Shown: positions 29,630 through 37,949 of the stretch, piece by piece
How the letters are laid out: every line of letters begins with the position of its first letter
How positions within the stretch are numbered: the stretch's first letter is position 1
Notes under the pieces: generated by a model
What the model saw: the letters and a program-made list of their open reading frames with translations, nothing else
Databases searched by the model: none
What the model was told of the DNA's origin: nothing
Position numbers and translations under genes: made by a program
Source: an uncultured Verrucomicrobiota bacterium
GTDB lineage: Bacteria > Verrucomicrobiota > Verrucomicrobiia > Limisphaerales > UBA9464
Assembly: GCA_903821635.1 (NCBI GenBank)
Contig: CAIJLV010000183.1
Location: 97,542 to 161,541 of the forward strand
Reading direction: 5' to 3'
DNA: 64,000 nt

Positions 29630-30379
29630 TTACGGTTCGGCGGACTGGAAAGTCCGCCCTCCAGAGGTTACGGCCATTTGTTCCAGTTGACCGCCAGCGC
29701 ACAGGGGGGCGTTGCGGTGCCGCATCATTACTTCCGCGGCGCCGACTTCCACCTCGGTGTAGCTGACGGTCGCCGCGTCGTCGCGGTGCATGCAGGTGGA
29801 AAAGGGCCCGCATTCCGGTGCATGCGAGCCGTGAAGACGCCGGAGCCATTCCGTGGAACCGGCGTCGGGTTCCCGTCGTCGCCGTTGGTATTCCGCCGCG
29901 CGGAGGCGTTGGGCGTTGGGCTCGTCGAGACCGGACGAAAGCCACTGGCCGGCAGACCACGGATGGTGGTTGACCGACAGTTCATGCAGGTTCCAGCGCC
30001 ATTCGAGAACCCGCTGTTCCGGCTCGATGAAGCCGACTAGCCGAAACGGATTCATCCGCGACAAGGGCAGGCCCGCCACCTGCGGTTCTGCTTCGGAACC
30101 GGAACCGCAGGCCCGCACAGCCAGCACCACCTCGCCCCGCGAAACGGTTGGCAACGGTGCGCGGTCGGAGATCGCATACCAGTTGATCAGCGCGAAGCAG
30201 ACCCCGCGGTCGTTGACCGAGATCCACGTTCCACCACCCGGTTCCCGCGGATGCATGACGGTCCGTTCCCCAAGGACGAACTGCGCCGGCGGCAGGCCGG
30301 TGACCCGGGACCGTTGTTCGTCGCGGTTCATACCCAGCACGAATCCGCGGCGACGGGGCCAGAAGGTGACGGAACACAT
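29630..30379 (-). CDS. NRDE family protein (TANGO2 homologue)
   Basis: MCSVTFWPRRRGFVLGMNRDE... has the N-terminal Cys2 and NRDE motif of PF05742. Confidence 0.85.
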   Translation of the reverse strand: MCSVTFWPRRRGFVLGMNRDEQRSRVTGLPPAQFVLGERTVMHPREPGGGTWISVNDRGVCFALINWYAISDRAPLPTVSRGEVVLAVRACGSGSEAEPQVAGLPLSRMNPFRLVGFIEPEQRVLEWRWNLHELSVNHHPWSAGQWLSSGLDEPNAQRLRAAEYQRRRREPDAGSTEWLRRLHGSHAPECGPFSTCMHRDDAATVSYTEVEVGAAEVMMRHRNAPLCAGGQLEQMAVTSGGRTFQSAEP

Positions 30380-30421
30380 GTTGGCGGCAGGATTGGAGGC
30401 CGGTGGACCGCGGTCGAGCGG

Positions 30422-30667
30422 TCAGTCGGCGGGCGGATAGGTGGCGAACTGCCGGTTCGCAGCGCGCCAGATGCGGAGCAGTTGGCGCAGGGGCGTGGGC
30501 ACGGCGCCCAGAGCCCGGTTGGCGGCGCCGATGGCGAAGACGAGCTCCCACTGGCGGAAGAGGGTTCGATAAGCGGACCCTAGGGAATTGCGCGCATCGT
30601 AGATGCTTGTGGCTTCGGCGCTGGCGCCATTGAGTTCGAGGATCTGGAAATTGCGCCCGGCCCGCAG
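30422..30667 (-). other. Out-of-frame continuation encoding the missing ATP-grasp C-terminus (frameshift at about 30666-30668)
   Basis: My own translation of the adjacent minus frame gives LRAGRNFQILELNGASAEATSIYDARNSLGSAYRTLFRQWELVFAIGAANRALGAVPTPLRQLLRIWRAANRQFATYPPAD*, with TGA at 30422-30424. It contains the ATP-grasp E-x-N (ELN) Mg-binding motif. Restoring one C (GACGAC-C-TGCGG) joins the frames. Confidence 0.7.
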
Positions 30668-32079
30668 TCGTCCTCCGAGCTGAAGCGCACGTCGTAGCGG
30701 CCGATGAAAAAGCCAGGCAGGCGTCGGGAAATCGCGTCAATCTGCGCTTCCAGTTCTGGGGTTCGCAGCCGGGCCCCGTCGCGGAAGATACAGCCTTGGG
30801 CGTGGTTGCCCGCTTCGACCAACCGCAACGTGGCGCCGGCTGGGAGCACTTCTTGGCGGCGCGAGGCAAAGCGGGCGAGGTAGCGGTCAGCCACGAACCG
30901 GGCGCGCTCATCGCGCCAGATGAGTTGTTCGACCGTGTGGACGCCGTCGCCGGTAAGGACCGGGAAAATCTTCTCCGTGAGCGCAAAGATCTGGCCACGG
31001 GCCTCGTGGGGAAAGCGGTAGTAGAAGATGCCCACTTCGAACGGCCCGGGCACATACCGCTGCACGACGATGGGCGCGGAACTGCCGCGTAGGTAGTCGG
31101 CTGCGTCGGCCTCTGATCGTATCAATTTCACGCCGAGCCCGCGTTGTCCAAGGTCGGGCTTGAGGATGAAGGGGTAGGCGATGGCGTGGGTCACCGACAG
31201 GCGCCGCAGTTCCGACAGGCGGTCGGCGCTTTCCGTCGCCAGGAGCCAGGCTTCCGCCGTGAATTCAGGGCTGGTCCGCGACAGCTCCTTCAGGGTTTCG
31301 AACTTGGATTCCCCGACCAGTCCGCCCGTGGTGATACCGGGATTGGCGGTCGTCGGGACCGTGAAGCCGCGATAGCGAATGGCGAGCTGAAGGTAACGGA
31401 ACGCTACCGGGAGATAAAAAATCGTCGCGGGCCAGAATTCCCAGCGCCGCCAACGTCCCAAGGCAGCCCGGAAGCGTTGGCGTCCGCCGGGTGAAAACCA
31501 GCGCGGAAGGAAGCGCAGCAGGCCCAAGCCGACTGCCAGCGCGACCAGCAGCCACCACGCGCTGTGGTTCCAGCGTTGCAAAGCCTCGGCGAGCGCGGTC
31601 CCCAACCCTCGGGCGAGGCCGAAGATTCCGAGCGTCCAGACCGCGACTGCGAGCCCCGTGATCAGGGCGAAACGTCCAAATGGCAGGCGCAGGAACCCGG
31701 CGGCGAGGTAAGTGGGCAGGCGGGTGCCGGGAAGCAGTCGGCTCGTGACCAGCAGCCAGCCGCCTTGATTCGCGAACCAAGCTTCGCTGCGGGCCACGGC
31801 TTCGGCGGATACGAATCGTTGAACCCAGGTCAGCTTGAGCGCCCGGCGTCCGCCGCTGCGGGCCGCGAGGTAAAGGAGCAGGTCGCCGGTCCAGATGCCG
31901 AGGAAACAGCCGAGGAAACCCGCGGTCCACGACAGTTTGCCGGCCGCCGCCAACAGCGCGGCCGACACGGTGGGAACGTCTTCTTGGATGAAGGTCGCCA
32001 AACCCAGCGCGACGGCCTGCCCGGCTGGGGGCAGGCCGAGCAACGTGGCGCTGAGGTCGCTGCCAGACAGGGCCATCAT
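30580..32079 (-). CDS. DedA/VTT membrane domain fused to an ATP-grasp domain (reading frame as encoded; premature end, see next feature)
   Basis: The N-terminal about 200 aa is multi-TM DedA-like (FIQEDVPTV...GIWTGDLLLYLAARSGG). The C-terminal part is ATP-grasp-like (YPFILKPDLGQRGLGVKLI..., VVQRYVPG..EVGIFYY). Confidence 0.75.
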   Translation of the reverse strand: MMALSGSDLSATLLGLPPAGQAVALGLATFIQEDVPTVSAALLAAAGKLSWTAGFLGCFLGIWTGDLLLYLAARSGGRRALKLTWVQRFVSAEAVARSEAWFANQGGWLLVTSRLLPGTRLPTYLAAGFLRLPFGRFALITGLAVAVWTLGIFGLARGLGTALAEALQRWNHSAWWLLVALAVGLGLLRFLPRWFSPGGRQRFRAALGRWRRWEFWPATIFYLPVAFRYLQLAIRYRGFTVPTTANPGITTGGLVGESKFETLKELSRTSPEFTAEAWLLATESADRLSELRRLSVTHAIAYPFILKPDLGQRGLGVKLIRSEADAADYLRGSSAPIVVQRYVPGPFEVGIFYYRFPHEARGQIFALTEKIFPVLTGDGVHTVEQLIWRDERARFVADRYLARFASRRQEVLPAGATLRLVEAGNHAQGCIFRDGARLRTPELEAQIDAISRRLPGFFIGRYDVRFSSEDDCGPGAISRSSNSMAPAPKPQASTMRAIP

Positions 32080-32663
32080 GCGGCGAAGGAGAGGGACTGG
32101 GCCGCCAACGCCTGCTGGTGGGCGAGCGTGGCCGGCGCGAGCCCGAAGTTCGCGGGCAGTTGGGCATTCAGGAACCGCCCAATCACCGCGATCAAAGCGA
32201 AATGGTGGATGCCATGCGCGGCGGCATAGACCAGTTCCCGCCCCAGCGTGGACAGGGTTGCCGGCGAGTCGCCGCCGTAGCCGATTTGGCAGCGGACCAG
32301 AACGGGCTGCGCCAACTGGTCGGCGGTTAGTTGCCCGAGCCGATGGCGCAGCGCGCGGGTGAGTTCCCGCGCCAGTTGCGGTGACTGTTCGAGGCGGGGG
32401 TCGCGGTCGCGGTTGTCATAGTCAATGAAGCCGGCTTCGAGCCCGCGCAGGAGGCTGGAGAAGTGGTCGAGGAAGTGGCGATAGTGGCCGCCCATTGACG
32501 CGTTGAAGGCGAGGGCGACCGGTTGCCGGTAGGTTTCGGCGTCGAGCTGGAGCAGGAGGTTTTCGCCTTGTTCCAGCAGTTCCGTCACGGCGGTCACGAG
32601 CCGGGCGGAGGCGGTGGTGGGTTCGTAAAGCCCTTCGGTGTCGGCGATGGAATCAGCAGTCAT
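32076..32663 (-). CDS. DinB-like (DinB_2 superfamily) metal-dependent protein
   Basis: His triad context HYRHFLDH ... HGIHHFALI. Its stop overlaps the downstream start (ATGA at 32076-32079). Confidence 0.7.
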   Translation of the reverse strand: MTADSIADTEGLYEPTTASARLVTAVTELLEQGENLLLQLDAETYRQPVALAFNASMGGHYRHFLDHFSSLLRGLEAGFIDYDNRDRDPRLEQSPQLARELTRALRHRLGQLTADQLAQPVLVRCQIGYGGDSPATLSTLGRELVYAAAHGIHHFALIAVIGRFLNAQLPANFGLAPATLAHQQALAAQSLSFAA

Positions 32664-32680
32664 GGGGCGCGATTGCGGGT

Positions 32681-33097
32681 TCAGCGGTCACATGGGTTGG
32701 CGAACCGGCTGCCGATGAGCGGCAGTTCGGTGCGGCGCAGCCACACCACGAGGGCGGCGGCGGCGAATACGGTCACTGCGAGTGCGAACAGTAGGCCGCC
32801 GTCGTCCTGCACCACAAGGCCCAGCTTGGTCAGGTGCCCCAGCAGGGCGCCGCCCATAAGCCCTAGCGAAAGTAGGCCGCCGCCGCCGGCCCAACGGGGA
32901 GTCAGCAGCAGGCCGACGGCGACAAGTTCGAGCAAGCCGGTTAGGAGGCGTCCCCAGGGCTCCAGGCCGAGGGTGGAGAAGATGAACTTGGATTCCGGCG
33001 CGCCGGTGAACTTGAAGAACAAGGTCTGGGCGAGAATGGACGCCGCCAAGATCTGGGCGATCCAACTGACGGTCCGGTGGGTTTTGCAGGGGTGCAT
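32681..33097 (-). CDS. DoxX family membrane protein
   Basis: 138 aa with four hydrophobic helices; ...AQTLFFKFTGAPESKFIF..LLELVAVGLLL... ATG at 33097 verified. Confidence 0.8.
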   Translation of the reverse strand: MHPCKTHRTVSWIAQILAASILAQTLFFKFTGAPESKFIFSTLGLEPWGRLLTGLLELVAVGLLLTPRWAGGGGLLSLGLMGGALLGHLTKLGLVVQDDGGLLFALAVTVFAAAALVVWLRRTELPLIGSRFANPCDR

Positions 33098-33117
33098 GGC
33101 GCGGGTTGGGACGGGGA

Positions 33118-34080
33118 TTATTCGTTGCTGAGCTGCTTCCAGTGCGCGTCGGCTTTGGCTGTCTGGGCCGGTTCGTCTTGGTCCCAGTCCTTGCGGGCAT
33201 TGCCCCACAGCCCCTTGTAAAAGAGCAATAGCCGGCCGTTGGTTAGCTTGAAATTACCGGGGTCGATTTCGACCTTCTCCCCCTTGGCCATCGCGGTGGC
33301 GCACCAACCTCCGTAGGTTGGGACGTATTTGTCCGGTGAAGCGAGGAACTGCTTCCGGTTCGCGGCCGAGGCAAACCGATAATTTACGCCGCGGTGTGCG
33401 GCGGTGAACTCGGCTTGGCCTTGGTTCGGTTGGCCGGCGGTGAAGTAGGCCACGGGATCGTAGCCCTGCAGCGCGAGTTGGCCGGCGGCTAGGTTGTAGT
33501 GAGCCAGCGGGGCGGGAGTGCGCTTCGCCGCGGTCGCCTTGAGTTCGGCAAGTTTGGCGACGAGCAGGTCGAAGCCGAATCGGTCGCCGTTGTTTTTGCC
33601 CACATGGCGGAAGACCTCCTGGCCGGCTGGGTCCAACAGCACGAGGGCGGGGAAGTGGACCGACTGACCGTGGAATGGGTAGCCGTCGGGAATCGCGAAT
33701 GCCTTCGCCAAGGTCGCGTCGGCGTCGCGGTAGAGGGTGACTTCCTTCGCGGCCGGTTTGCCCAACTTGTCCGCCCACGACTTGATTTCGTCGGCGCTGT
33801 CCGGCTTGAGGAAGACGGACACGACCTCCGGCAGAGTTTCGCCGCGTTGGGCATAGTCGCGGGTATGGCGCAGGCAGAGGGGGCATTCCGTCTTCAGCAG
33901 GAAGTGGAGCGCGACGTATTTCCCCTTCGCCTCGGCCAAGCGGAATTTCCGGCCGTCGGCCGGCGCTTCGACCGTGAAGTCAGTCGGGGCCGCGAAAAGA
34001 TTCCACGCGCCGGCAAGAGCGCACAGGAAGGGGAGCGGCGAGCGGCGAAAGGGCATGGGCTTGGGCGAAAGAGTCGTCAT
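33118..34080 (-). CDS. Secreted thioredoxin-fold (redoxin/AhpC-TSA-like, CPLC) protein fused to a YHS domain
   Basis: GKYVALHFLLKTECPLCLRH is the redoxin part. The C-terminal GYDPVAYF...YRFASAANRKQFLASPDKYVPTYGGWCA is the YHS part. An alternative start exists at 34056. Confidence 0.8.
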   Translation of the reverse strand: MTTLSPKPMPFRRSPLPFLCALAGAWNLFAAPTDFTVEAPADGRKFRLAEAKGKYVALHFLLKTECPLCLRHTRDYAQRGETLPEVVSVFLKPDSADEIKSWADKLGKPAAKEVTLYRDADATLAKAFAIPDGYPFHGQSVHFPALVLLDPAGQEVFRHVGKNNGDRFGFDLLVAKLAELKATAAKRTPAPLAHYNLAAGQLALQGYDPVAYFTAGQPNQGQAEFTAAHRGVNYRFASAANRKQFLASPDKYVPTYGGWCATAMAKGEKVEIDPGNFKLTNGRLLLFYKGLWGNARKDWDQDEPAQTAKADAHWKQLSNE

Positions 34081-34200
34081 TCACGCTGGCCGTTCCGAAG
34101 TCCGGTTCGGGGCCAGCACCCGTGAGAGGACGGAGCGGGGCGAGCTATTCCCGGAATCCTGAAAAATCGGTTGGGAATAATTTTAGCCCCCCGGACTCTC

Positions 34201-34746
34201 ATGAGCGTGCCGATGTCGGATTCAGCCGCGATGGTGGACGAGCTCTACGGGCCGCTTTACCGCTTTGCACTGAGCCTGGCCGGGACGCCGGCGGTGGCGA
34301 GCGATCTCACGCAGGAGGCCTTCTTCCGCTGGTTCAAGCAGGGCGGTGAGTTGCGGGACCCGGCCAAGGTCAAGAGCTGGCTGTTCACGACGCTCTACCG
34401 CGAGTTCCTCCGCACGAGCCGCCAGTCCGCCCGCTTCCCGCACCACGAATTGGACGAGGTGGAATCCGAACTGCCGGCCGTGGCCCCGGAGGAGTTGGAC
34501 CAACTCGACGGGGCGCTGGTGATGGCCGCGTTGCAGCAGGTTGAGGAAACCTACCGCGCGCCGCTGAGCCTGTTTTATCTCGAAGGATTTTCCTACGCCC
34601 AGATTGCCGAGGCGCTTGATCTTCCCGCCGGCACCGTCATGTCGCGGCTGTCGCGGGGCCGCGACCAATTACGACGACACCTGCGGAACCGACTCACGGC
34701 GGAGGAGCAGAAGCTGATTCCTTTTGCCGCGGCGAAGGCCCGTTAA
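34201..34746 (+). CDS. ECF (sigma-70 family) RNA polymerase sigma factor
   Basis: Region 2 (LYRFALSLAG..DLTQEAFFRW) and region 4 (YREFL...LFYLEGFSYAQIAEALDLPAGTVMSRLSRGR). Confidence 0.85.
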   Translation: MSVPMSDSAAMVDELYGPLYRFALSLAGTPAVASDLTQEAFFRWFKQGGELRDPAKVKSWLFTTLYREFLRTSRQSARFPHHELDEVESELPAVAPEELDQLDGALVMAALQQVEETYRAPLSLFYLEGFSYAQIAEALDLPAGTVMSRLSRGRDQLRRHLRNRLTAEEQKLIPFAAAKAR

Positions 34747-34765
34747 CCCCATTCCCATTCCTCCC

Positions 34766-35539
34766 ATGAACCAAAACCAAGCCCAGTTGATCCTCGGCGC
34801 CTGCCCGCCGGGGCCGTGGCCGCACGACGATCCGCAGGTGGCGGAGGCGCTCCGGTTGGCCGAGTCGGATCCTGCGTTGGCCCGGTGGCTCGTGGAGACT
34901 CGCGGCTTTGACACCGCGGTCGCGGCGAAACTGCGCGTGGTGGCGCCGCCGGCCGACTTGCGCGATGCGATTTTCGCGGGTCGCCGGGTCACTGCCGCAG
35001 CCGGTCCGCGGGCCTTCTGGCGGCGGCCTGCGCTGCTGGCCTGGGCGGCGCTGCTGGTCCTGCTGGTGGGGATTTCCACTGTCTGGCTGGGTTCGCCACG
35101 AACCGGCGCGGCGGCCTTCCGGCAGGACGTGGCGCGGTTCCTCACGGAGGATTGGCAGCACGATTTCGATTTTCCGGAAGCCAGTTTCCCCAAAATCTGC
35201 GAGTGGGCGGGCCGGCAGCCCGGGAGCATCGAGTTGCGGGCCCCCGCGCAACTGGCGGGCAGTGCAACCTACGGCTGCAAAATCTTCGAGTGGCGTGGGC
35301 AGAAAGCGACGCTGGTGTGTTTCGTTACCAAGGCGGAGGGCGAAGTGATTCATGTCGTCAGTGTGGACCGCTCCAATCTTCCCGCGGCGGATCGTTCAGT
35401 GCCGTCGGACGCGCCGCAGTTTGCCCGGGCCGGCGAGTGGAACACCGCCCTGTGGTCACAAGGCCCGCGAATGTATGTCGCCTTGACCACGATGAACACC
35501 GAGGGGCTGGCCCGCTACGTAAAGCCGGCCGCGCTCTGA
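34766..35539 (+). CDS. Putative anti-sigma factor (single-pass membrane protein)
   Basis: Immediately downstream of the ECF sigma gene. One TM (ALLAWAALLVLLVGISTVWL). No zinc-finger HxxxCxxC motif. Confidence 0.6.
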   Translation: MNQNQAQLILGACPPGPWPHDDPQVAEALRLAESDPALARWLVETRGFDTAVAAKLRVVAPPADLRDAIFAGRRVTAAAGPRAFWRRPALLAWAALLVLLVGISTVWLGSPRTGAAAFRQDVARFLTEDWQHDFDFPEASFPKICEWAGRQPGSIELRAPAQLAGSATYGCKIFEWRGQKATLVCFVTKAEGEVIHVVSVDRSNLPAADRSVPSDAPQFARAGEWNTALWSQGPRMYVALTTMNTEGLARYVKPAAL

Positions 35540-35580
35540 GCCGCCTCGAACCGAACCCCAAACTCCCCAACCGCCTGCCT

Positions 35581-35835
35581 ATGAGACCGAGTGAAAAGTC
35601 CCCCGGAAAAGCCGTCCCGAATCCCGCCTTCTTGGCCGCCCTGACCGTGGGTTTGGCGGCCGTGGGGGCGGGCTGCACCGTGCCCGTTCACGCGCAACGC
35701 CTGCTGGCCAAGCCCGGCATGCAGTTTTCCGGTTCCGCGGCGTTGGGCGCCCCGTCGAAGCTGCTTCCCCAAGTGGAGTCCGGCGCCGCGACGTCGGGCG
35801 GGGGCCAAGCGGCCGGTTGTTCGTCCTGCCGCTGA
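35581..35835 (+). CDS. DUF4266-like small lipoprotein
   Basis: Lipobox GAGC, followed by ...QRLLAKPGMQF...SGGGQAAGCSSCR, the Gly-rich Cys-containing tail typical of DUF4266. The ORF track hides it inside a longer frame. Confidence 0.6.
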   Translation: MRPSEKSPGKAVPNPAFLAALTVGLAAVGAGCTVPVHAQRLLAKPGMQFSGSAALGAPSKLLPQVESGAATSGGGQAAGCSSCR

Positions 35836-35853
35836 ATTCCAGGACATGCGACG

Positions 35854-36969
35854 ATGAAAACCCGGGCAATCATGTTGGCGCTGCTGGGCCTGACGGCGGG
35901 ATCCGTTCAGGGCAAGGACGCGTCCCAAGCGGTCGTGGAGCCGCGGGTCAGCACGCTCGTTTCACAGCAGTTCGAGGCCGACTTTGAGGCCCTCGTTGCG
36001 GACGACATCCAACTGCTCCAAGGCGGCCTCGCCTACGGCCAGAAGCACGGCCGGTTCGAGTGGACCGCCAGCCTCGCCTACCAAACCTTCGGGCTCGATT
36101 ACCGGCCGGCGCCCTTCGATTTCCTAGGCGTTGACCGCGCGCTAAACGAAGGCCGCATCGCCGCGCAAGCGAATGGCCGGTTTCGTTGGGGTCAGTCGGT
36201 CTCCCTGCTCGGCAGTGCGGGCGTTTACGATGGGTTCGCCAACTACCGCAGCGTCTGGCTGAACGAATACTTCCGGCAGCAATTCTCCACGCTGCCCGAA
36301 TACGTGCCGGCCAGTCCCCGCGGCGAAAACGTGGCCGCCGGAGTGCGTTGGGAATACCTGCCGGCCTCGGCCTTCGTCGAGGGCACGGTCAGCTATCTGC
36401 ACGACGAGATCGCGCCGGGCTACGAGATCGACTTCGCGGGGCTCCGGCGTGACCGGCATCACCTGGACACGCTGGCCTACCAGCTCGCGTTCGAGAACGT
36501 GCTGTCGCGGCGGGTCCGCGTGCGGAACGAATTTCGCCTGACCGACACCACCGAGCGTGAATTGCGTTACGCCTATCAGGGTTCGCTCAACATCGCCCTC
36601 GGGGAACGGTGGGTGGCCCGGCTGTTCGGCGGCTACACCGGGGAGGCGCCCACGTTTGCGGCGCACTACTACGGCGGCGCCCTCGACTTTGAACCGGCCG
36701 AGGGTTGGATCCTGGGCGTCTTCGGCCGGCGTTACGTGGATTCCGGCGAGATTGAGAATTCGCTCTTCTCGTCCGCCGCGCCGGGACTGTCGTCGTGGCA
36801 GGCCGGGCTGAGCCTGCGGCGCTCGTGGGGCGTGCATTCGTTCCGCCTTTCCGCCGCCCCTTACCGGACCCGCTTCGAGCCGGCCGGCCTTGGCACCGCG
36901 TTCTTCCAGAATCTTTATCGGGGCCGCGATTGGGCCCTGGTGCAGTTGGCCTATGCGGCCGATTTCTGA
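35854..36969 (+). CDS. DUF3570-like outer-membrane beta-barrel protein
   Basis: Signal peptide, alternating beta-strand pattern and a terminal aromatic residue (..LAYAADF). DUF4266 is its usual neighbour. Confidence 0.65.
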   Translation: MKTRAIMLALLGLTAGSVQGKDASQAVVEPRVSTLVSQQFEADFEALVADDIQLLQGGLAYGQKHGRFEWTASLAYQTFGLDYRPAPFDFLGVDRALNEGRIAAQANGRFRWGQSVSLLGSAGVYDGFANYRSVWLNEYFRQQFSTLPEYVPASPRGENVAAGVRWEYLPASAFVEGTVSYLHDEIAPGYEIDFAGLRRDRHHLDTLAYQLAFENVLSRRVRVRNEFRLTDTTERELRYAYQGSLNIALGERWVARLFGGYTGEAPTFAAHYYGGALDFEPAEGWILGVFGRRYVDSGEIENSLFSSAAPGLSSWQAGLSLRRSWGVHSFRLSAAPYRTRFEPAGLGTAFFQNLYRGRDWALVQLAYAADF

Positions 36970-36975
36970 GAACCC

Positions 36976-37755
36976 ATGAAACCCCTGCTTCAACTCTCCC
37001 TCGCCGGGCTGCTGTTCCTGCTGCGTGCCCAAGGCGCCACCTACCGGGTCGGTGACACGGTGGAAAACTTCTCGCTGGTCAACCGGGCTACCGGCCAGCC
37101 GATGGCGCTCACGGATTTCGCGGGCAAGATCGTATTGCTCGACTGGTTCGCGTGGTGGTGCCCGTTCTGCCAGGCCGCCGCGCCGCAGTTGCTGGATGGG
37201 GTGCATGAACACTACTCAGCCCGCGGCGGCAATCCGGCCGGCATCCCCGTGGTCAGCGTCGGCGTGAATTTGCAGGCCAACCAGGAGGCGCAGACGCAGA
37301 ACTTCGTCAACCGGGCGGAATACGAGTTCGTCTGGCAGGACTTCAACCGTGCGGTGGCGAACCGGTTTTTTCCGACCGGCGGCCAGCCGCTGTTCGCCAT
37401 CATCAATGGCATCACCAACTCACCCAGCCACCGGCCGTGGGAGCTGATCTATGCCCGTCAGGGTTACGGCCAGACTACTTTTCCCGTCGCCGATTTCCGG
37501 GCGGCGATCGACGCCGTGCAGGCGTCCGTGGTGCCGGCGGTGCCACCGACGCTGACCCTGGGCTCCGGGCCGGCGGCCAACGGCGTGACGCTTTCCGTTC
37601 GGGGCCGGGCCGGCGTGGCCTATCGGGTGGAATCGTCTCCGGACCTCTTTGGTTGGAAGCTGGAACAGGAAGTGACCCTGAGTTCCGAGACGGAGTCGGT
37701 GCCGGTTCAACTGCCGTCGCAGGAGACGCGATTTTTCCGGGTCGTGGCGCCGTGA
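36976..37755 (+). CDS. TlpA-like thioredoxin-fold disulfide reductase with C-terminal beta-sandwich
   Basis: GKIVLLDWFAWWCPFCQAAAP carries the CxxC motif. A signal peptide is present. Confidence 0.8.
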   Translation: MKPLLQLSLAGLLFLLRAQGATYRVGDTVENFSLVNRATGQPMALTDFAGKIVLLDWFAWWCPFCQAAAPQLLDGVHEHYSARGGNPAGIPVVSVGVNLQANQEAQTQNFVNRAEYEFVWQDFNRAVANRFFPTGGQPLFAIINGITNSPSHRPWELIYARQGYGQTTFPVADFRAAIDAVQASVVPAVPPTLTLGSGPAANGVTLSVRGRAGVAYRVESSPDLFGWKLEQEVTLSSETESVPVQLPSQETRFFRVVAP

Positions 37756-37949
37756 ACTGGGCATGCCCGTGTTTGCCGGTTGGTGAAACGGCCGGTTTCC
37801 GCGAGCCGCTCTTTCGGGTCGAAAATCGGATGCGCTCGGTGGCCCCCGTGCGGTTTAACCGGTCGCCCGCGTCGGATTCTTCGCCGCAATCAAGACCTCG
37901 CCGTCACCGTGGGGAAGCCGGTGGCGGAGGCTGAGCGCCAAGACTAGTT

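Noticed and set aside
29628-29673. Perfect hairpin GGCGGACT-GGAA-AGTCCGCC (29639-29658) flanked by GGTTACGG direct repeats (29628-29635 and 29666-29673), considered as a terminator or miniature element
   Set aside because: It lies inside the last codons of the NRDE gene (...GGRTFQSAEP*). No U-tract follows on the transcribed strand, and I noticed no other copies in the window.
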